Shown piece after piece: positions 58,902-64,000 of a DNA stretch of 64,000 nt. The notes under the pieces were generated by a model that saw only the letters and a list, made by a program, of their open reading frames with translations, was not told the origin of the DNA and did not search any database. Source of the DNA: a virus. Made by a program: the position numbers and the translations under genes. The stretch's first letter is position 1; each line of letters starts with the position of its first letter. Location of the stretch: IMG/VR virus record IMGVR_UViG_3300037804_000367, positions 32,001 to 96,000 of that record; one strand, written 5' to 3'.

Positions 58902-59576
58902 TTAATTGATATGTTTTGTCATTTCAAAAGTTAAAGTTGCTTTTTCTGTCGGATTTGATATCAAACTATATGTTGTATTATCTTTTTCAATAGCAATAAG
59001 TTGAAGCTCTTCTACAGGGTCATCGATAAATCGTATACACGTTGGATATGTTTGAATAGTATGGATCAAAAAAACCATCGATAGAGGAGGAAAGTTTTTA
59101 AATACACTCCACGTTCTAATAATTTCAGGGTATTTCATTATACACCTTTTAACTATTTCTTCATCAGGATCTTGTATATATCTCATGAACCCGTTTTGAT
59201 TCTGTCCATTTGTTCCTGATGTTGCAAAAAGTTTCTCCTCTTGTGTTTGATTCTGCATGTATTCCAAAGCACGTAAATTACTTTTCAATGCAGCTAAGCG
59301 TACAGCTGAACTCTGAGTTTCTATAAATCTTATACACATTCCATCACGTTTTACAGCAGCTATTTTCACTTGTTCACATGGATTATGAATATGTTTTATA
59401 GACTCTCCTTCTGACCGTACCGCCTTTAATTGTAATTTAAAGTCCGGTATTTTAAAACATTTAATTAATGTAGGGCACTCGGTCACAAGTGCACATTGTT
59501 GTTCTCTAGGATATTGTTCTATGTATGGAGAGTGCTCCTCGAACAGTTGTTGGTATTTTTTATCCAAGCCTCTCAC
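58902..59576 (-). CDS. DUF4116-like repeat protein with tag variant
   Basis: LQLKAVR/VKIAAVK repeats; ends TFEMTKHIN*. Confidence 0.75.
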   Translation of the reverse strand: MRGLDKKYQQLFEEHSPYIEQYPREQQCALVTECPTLIKCFKIPDFKLQLKAVRSEGESIKHIHNPCEQVKIAAVKRDGMCIRFIETQSSAVRLAALKSNLRALEYMQNQTQEEKLFATSGTNGQNQNGFMRYIQDPDEEIVKRCIMKYPEIIRTWSVFKNFPPLSMVFLIHTIQTYPTCIRFIDDPVEELQLIAIEKDNTTYSLISNPTEKATLTFEMTKHIN

Positions 59577-60238
59577 GCTGACGGACTCCTTCCCCTACCA
59601 TCCCATTCAGCATAACGTTTGGACATAGCAGCAGCCATCGAACGAGAATGACTGCTTTGAGCACTGACCTTACATTTTTCATACCAAATTTCAGATATTT
59701 CTTGATTTAAAACACGTTCAGCAGCAGAGGTTACAACTTGTTGTTGTTTCATCTTCTTCATAATGTTTGAAAATACTGCAAAATCAACCACAGATATTAT
59801 TATATAATTACCTTTGCTAACATGAGTGTAAGGAATGATATCTTTATCAGTGATAAACTTTCCTTTGTTCTTTTCTGTGATGACTTGAACTTCTTTGCTT
59901 TCAAAATAATTTTCATTTCTTGACCGAGCAAACATGATACTCAATCTGTAATGAACATCATGGTTAGATTTTATAATAATATCACCAGGTTTTGCAACTC
60001 TATTATTAGGGAGAACAGCGTTAGCTAGGAACAGTCCCAATTCATGTTTAAGCTCTTTTCCGCTTGTGTCGATTGAATGCATTTCAGTTCGTAGAGCAGA
60101 AGTTAGTTCATTGAGATGAGTTTCACGTTCTTTAACTTGAGCATTTACAAATTCATCATCTTTGCCTTTGATTGATTTGATCCAATCGTGCAAATCTTTT
60201 GTTCTTTTTGGGCATGTGATTCCGTTAAAATACTTCAT
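59573..60238 (-). CDS. Hypothetical protein
   Basis: Start MKYFNG; the longer TTG start overlaps the promoter. Confidence 0.7.
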   Translation of the reverse strand: MKYFNGITCPKRTKDLHDWIKSIKGKDDEFVNAQVKERETHLNELTSALRTEMHSIDTSGKELKHELGLFLANAVLPNNRVAKPGDIIIKSNHDVHYRLSIMFARSRNENYFESKEVQVITEKNKGKFITDKDIIPYTHVSKGNYIIISVVDFAVFSNIMKKMKQQQVVTSAAERVLNQEISEIWYEKCKVSAQSSHSRSMAAAMSKRYAEWDGRGRSPSA

Positions 60239-60273
60239 CTTATATTTCCTCGTTTCTTTTTCTACTCTATTAT

Positions 60274-60301
60274 AATATACTCCTTTAACTGATAAAGTCA
60301 A
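60274..60301 (-). promoter_or_regulatory. Early-type promoter
   Basis: TTGACT-N16-TATATT. Confidence 0.78.
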
Positions 60302-60403
60302 CTACAAACTTGATTTAATTTAAATAAAAAGACACGTTTTAACTGAAATAAAAACATAAATAAAGAAAAGCAACACTGATTTTATAAATTCGGAGACATA
60401 AAC

Positions 60404-61819
60404 ATGCCAACACCAAAAATCGATATTTTTCTAGGCAAAGTAGTAGAGGCTGGTTCAGCAGATAACACTACAATGAAAAGAATTTCTGATTCTACCTATT
60501 CTACTGTACAGGACATGCAGAACCAATTTCACTCTGCGGGAGTAGTTTCCGGAGGATTAATTACTGATGCTGGAACAGGAACTGTTTCGGTTTCTGCTGG
60601 AACAGGATTTATTAGATCGGTAAATTCTGTAGTAGCTGACATTCTGTTTACAGACTGGGCAATAGGAACAGGAGGAAATGTAACTCTTGTTAACACTGCT
60701 CTAAACTTTATTTATGTAGAATATAACGGAGGATCTCCTCAAGTAATTGCTACAGATGTAAAGAGAACAGATCTTCACACAAACATTCTTTTAGGCACAG
60801 TATATAGAGATGCACTTGAAGTTCACATTACAACTGAAAGTAGGATTCAAGTAGCTGACCATGCCGGTCTAATGACTCAGCGTTTAATTAGTACAAACCC
60901 TTTTGCAAGAGAATCTGGAGGAATAATAAGTTCTCCGAGTGGAAGAACTCTTGCAGTAACTGCAGGATCTTTCTGGTATGGGTTTATAAGATTTGCAACA
61001 ACTTTGTTTGATAGCAGTGCTGCAGGAGTGTTTGATACATATTATCATGATGTATTTGATGCTACTGGATGGAGGCAAGATGCAAGTGAAACGGACATTA
61101 ACAATACTCAATATGATAATGGAACTGCAAAGGCTACTTTAACAGATGGTAATTATGGAATACATTGGGTATATTTAGATGTGGACGGCGAGGTATATAC
61201 AGTTTTAGGAACTGGTGATTATACATTAGAAGAAGCACAAAATGCACCACTTCTTTCAGAAGTACCGCCATTCTTTGAAGGACATAATACTCTTATCGGT
61301 AAGATGATAATACTTAAAAATGCTTCCACTCCTATACTTGTACAAAGTACATACGGTGAAGTTTTTGCAGGATCAACTCCGTCCAGTCATAGTAATTTAT
61401 TAGGACTTGGCGACGACGACCACCCACAGTACTTACCTACTGACGGTTCTCGTAACATGGCAGGTAACTTCACTATTGAAGGGCAAGCTAGGTCAGACGA
61501 GCAGACAACGTTAGTTCCTGCAGGTGCTGTCCAAGCTATTGACTGGAACGGAGGTAACTCTGTTACTGTAGATCTAGGATCTGCTACAGGTGACGTTACA
61601 CTTTCGTTTAGTAACCCAGAAAAGGGTGCCAGCTATCTTATTAAGTTCATCCAAGGTGCTACCTTTAGAGACGTCATTCTTCCTGCTACTGCTAAGATGC
61701 CGGGAGGCTCTGCGCCTAGTACTCTGGACATTACAGAGGTAGACGATGCAGAGGATATATTAACCTTGTATTACGACGGAACTAACTATCTAGCACAGTG
61801 GGCTTCAAACTTCGGGTGA
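60404..61819 (+). CDS. Virion structural/tail-fibre-like protein
   Basis: G/T/S-rich beta content; GLGDDDHPQYL..DG.R motif; C-terminal IDW..GN...L...Y...Q..GG domain; TATAAATT box upstream. Confidence 0.65.
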   Translation: MPTPKIDIFLGKVVEAGSADNTTMKRISDSTYSTVQDMQNQFHSAGVVSGGLITDAGTGTVSVSAGTGFIRSVNSVVADILFTDWAIGTGGNVTLVNTALNFIYVEYNGGSPQVIATDVKRTDLHTNILLGTVYRDALEVHITTESRIQVADHAGLMTQRLISTNPFARESGGIISSPSGRTLAVTAGSFWYGFIRFATTLFDSSAAGVFDTYYHDVFDATGWRQDASETDINNTQYDNGTAKATLTDGNYGIHWVYLDVDGEVYTVLGTGDYTLEEAQNAPLLSEVPPFFEGHNTLIGKMIILKNASTPILVQSTYGEVFAGSTPSSHSNLLGLGDDDHPQYLPTDGSRNMAGNFTIEGQARSDEQTTLVPAGAVQAIDWNGGNSVTVDLGSATGDVTLSFSNPEKGASYLIKFIQGATFRDVILPATAKMPGGSAPSTLDITEVDDAEDILTLYYDGTNYLAQWASNFG

Positions 61820-61869
61820 TATATGCTACATCAAGTTATTAAAGTAGAAAAGATAAGTGAGACGTTATA

Positions 61870-63303
61870 ATGCTGCACCACATTTTTAATATACCCATAC
61901 CCAGACCCTTCTGGACTCCTGCTGAAATAACCTCAGAAGCTTGGTTCGATGCAGATGACCCTCTAAGCATTACAGAGTCTGCTAATAGAATAAGTCAATG
62001 GAATGATAAGTCTGGTAATAATAGACACGCTACCCAACCAACCGGCAGTATACAGCCAGACTACGTAGCCTCTGATCCTGTATTTACAGGAAGAGCTACT
62101 GTGAAGGCAAGTACAGGAGGGGCTTATCTGGACACGGTTTCTAGTTTCTCGGTGAAGCGAGTATATCTAGTTGTATACTATGATGATACTTCCTTACTAT
62201 TCGGTAATCATAATGCAATTTTCGCTGGCTCCGTTGGTAGCAATTCTAGACTAACAGGTAGAAGTAACGAGGATAAGGTATGGGATGGGCCTAGAGACAA
62301 TAAAAACTTTGACAAAGACGGGATAACGCTAAGGAACGGAAGTAGGGTAGATAGTACCGCAGAAGCAAACGGATTGCCTATGCCGGGTGACATATTCAAC
62401 ATAACCGCCTTAGTTACTAAGACTCAAACTTTCCGCCTAATGGGTAATTCTGCAAGTTACACAACATGGCCAGGAGGCTTAGGTGAGATTATATTCACCG
62501 ATGGGACTGAAGGCATTGAAACACAGCAGAAGATGGAAGGCTACCTCGCTTGGAAATGGGGACTAGTTACCAAACTTCCTATAGATCATCCTTACCGTTT
62601 CGATGGAACATTATTCGGACATGGAATTCTTTGGAATCCTGCCCTTCTTACTACTGAACTCTGGCTCGATGCAGCGTCCCAGGGTACCATCACTGAAGCA
62701 GCGGGAGCTGTGAGCCAGTGGGACGATAAATCCGGTAACGATAATCATGTCACTCAAAACACAGGCGCTGACCAACCATCATTGGTTTCGGGTGCTATAA
62801 ATGGAATTAATGCAGTTAATTTTATAGACAGAAATGACTACATGGACGGTAGTATACCTCTTGATGCCAAGTGGGTCGTAGTGTTATTGCAATACAACGG
62901 CACTCCTACCTTTAGTCAAGCGTTAGGTAGTCAAACTTCTACTGGCGGAGAGAACTACACTATCCAGTATCGAGGAGATTTAGCTGCTGACAGATGGCAA
63001 AACTCTTATTATACTAACGGTAACTCCATTAGTAATGTTGGAGCCGATGTGAATGTAAACCCGACTATTGTTGTTCGTGATGGGATGAACTTGGTAGGCC
63101 TAGACCTACAGGTTGGTGGAGACCGTGGAATTAACGGTCGAGGATGGGATGGATACCTAGGTGAGGTTATCTACGGTAATCAGACTCTCGATACAGCCAC
63201 AAGACAACTACTAGAAGGCTACCTCGCATGGAAGTGGGGCACAGTAGCTTCATTAGATGCAAGTCATCCTTATAAAACAGACGGAAGTCTCTTCGGATAC
63301 TAA
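61870..63303 (+). CDS. Tandem LamG/concanavalin-like domain protein (adhesin/tail appendage)
   Basis: Two repeats of W.DA.D...I.E....SQW.DKSGN..H.TQ ... EGYLAWKWG....L...HPY. Confidence 0.75.
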   Translation: MLHHIFNIPIPRPFWTPAEITSEAWFDADDPLSITESANRISQWNDKSGNNRHATQPTGSIQPDYVASDPVFTGRATVKASTGGAYLDTVSSFSVKRVYLVVYYDDTSLLFGNHNAIFAGSVGSNSRLTGRSNEDKVWDGPRDNKNFDKDGITLRNGSRVDSTAEANGLPMPGDIFNITALVTKTQTFRLMGNSASYTTWPGGLGEIIFTDGTEGIETQQKMEGYLAWKWGLVTKLPIDHPYRFDGTLFGHGILWNPALLTTELWLDAASQGTITEAAGAVSQWDDKSGNDNHVTQNTGADQPSLVSGAINGINAVNFIDRNDYMDGSIPLDAKWVVVLLQYNGTPTFSQALGSQTSTGGENYTIQYRGDLAADRWQNSYYTNGNSISNVGADVNVNPTIVVRDGMNLVGLDLQVGGDRGINGRGWDGYLGEVIYGNQTLDTATRQLLEGYLAWKWGTVASLDASHPYKTDGSLFGY

Positions 63304-63331
63304 TTAAAAAATAAAAGAAAAGGAATAAATC

Positions 63332-63649
63332 ATGCAAGAATACTATGTTTTTTCAAGTGAAGCAGGCGCAACAGCCTGTTTAAACTATATCAACACAACA
63401 CCTTGGTTCCCGCTAGCGGGAAAGGTTAACGGACAACCTGCACCAGAAGCTAACCAGAAGACTACTAAATGGGCAGACGCGCCTACTGAGCTGCTTTCTG
63501 GTGAATGGGCAGTACCTAGGATACCTGAATCAAGATTAGATTATCTAGAAGTACCGCAAGCAGACAGAGATAACTTCATAGCTGCTTTCGGTCAAGATAT
63601 CCGTCAGCTGACTTCAGCAGACTTCCCAGTTATAGAAGAAGATATTTAA
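63332..63649 (+). CDS. Small hypothetical protein (tail-fibre-associated)
   Basis: AAGGA RBS; co-oriented with the adhesin genes. Confidence 0.7.
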   Translation: MQEYYVFSSEAGATACLNYINTTPWFPLAGKVNGQPAPEANQKTTKWADAPTELLSGEWAVPRIPESRLDYLEVPQADRDNFIAAFGQDIRQLTSADFPVIEEDI

Positions 63650-63660
63650 ACTTATCTAAA

Positions 63661-63701
63661 CTGTTATATTGTTTATTATTTATTTGTAAACAATATAACA
63701 G
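63661..63701. terminator. 15-bp hairpin between convergent genes
   Basis: ctgttatattgttta/taaacaatataacag. Confidence 0.7.
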
Positions 63702-64000
63702 CCTTTTATCTTTCTCTTGTCAGCTTTTAATCTAGGGTCAGTATCAACAACTGTCTTTCCGTGTTTGTTTAAAAATAAAATATGACCGTTTACATAAACG
63801 ATAAACCCTTTGACCTTTTCAGTTTGCATCTTTGCAATCAATGCAAGTCTCTCTCGAGCTTGTCCTATTCCTAGCCCATTAATTTTAGATTGGCGACTTC
63901 TCACTGTGTACTTTGTACGAGCAGCTCTTACAACATCACAAGTAGTGTGAAGATATGTTGTAACTTTTCCGACACCTAAATGTTTTGCAACAGCTAATGT
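63680..64000 (-). CDS. Hypothetical basic protein, 5' end outside the window
   Basis: Frame open from the window end (TLAVAKHLG...) to TAA at 63680. Confidence 0.6.
   Translation of the reverse strand, partial: TLAVAKHLGVGKVTTYLHTTCDVVRAARTKYTVRSRQSKINGLGIGQARERLALIAKMQTEKVKGFIVYVNGHILFLNKHGKTVVDTDPRLKADKRKIKGCYIVYK

Noticed and set aside
15313-59576. The MxxHL motif as a DNA recombination site (integron attC-like)
   Set aside because: The underlying nucleotides vary at synonymous positions and show no inverted-repeat structure; conservation is at amino-acid level.
13422-60390. Treating every TATAAAT(A/N) as a late promoter
   Set aside because: The octamer is expected many times by chance in this AT-rich DNA; only copies 20-45 nt upstream of plausible starts were kept.
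4440-62402. Numerous short antisense ORFs in the track (e.g. 4440, 7162, 17466, 33378, 52986, 60884)
   Set aside because: They are shadows of real genes on the opposite strand, with Ser/Leu/Phe-rich composition and no RBS.
1-64000. Genome-wide TAG reassignment (genetic code 15)
   Set aside because: Long genes (659, 477, 471, 333 aa) contain no in-frame TAG, and several genes end at TAG followed quickly by other stops or terminators (e.g. TAG TAG at 36458-36463). Suppression, if real, is local.

Overview
AT-rich segment of a large lytic phage genome, probably a T4-superfamily or jumbo myophage (a diverged gp23-like capsid paralogue and TATAAATA late-promoter boxes). A prepilin/H-X9-DG gene points to a PVC (Lentisphaerae-like) host. 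Layout: (i) 1-4.2 kb, a minus-strand tRNA operon with about 13 canonical tRNAs, 2 HNH endonucleases and several non-canonical tRNA-like or structured RNAs; (ii) 4.2-12.4 kb, two large probable virion proteins, NUDIX, metallophosphoesterase, a lipoprotein and a QueC-like gene; (iii) 12.4-14.5 kb, a mostly non-coding, repeat-rich origin/terminus candidate; (iv) 14.5-60.3 kb, a dense minus-strand array of small early genes split into modules by a highly conserved TTGACT-N16-TATA(T/G)T promoter (19 copies in the window, 16 of them here); (v) 60.4-63.7 kb, plus-strand tail-fibre/adhesin-like genes. Two candidate undescribed systems stand out. (A) A promoter-to-terminator operon (50839-52147) encodes an amber-suppressor tRNA(CUA), a leader minigene ATG-ATG-TAG whose read-through segment pairs with the next gene's Shine-Dalgarno, and a PTH2-like peptidyl-tRNA hydrolase whose translationally coupled start reads ATG-ACA-TAG. 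This looks like an amber-gated translational circuit in an otherwise standard-code genome. (B) About 38 otherwise unrelated early proteins, including two variable-length repeat-protein families, share a C-terminal (K/E)-M-x-(K/E)-H-L tag conserved at protein level, suggesting a modular adaptor or targeting system. All calls are from manual reading; no database searches were run.
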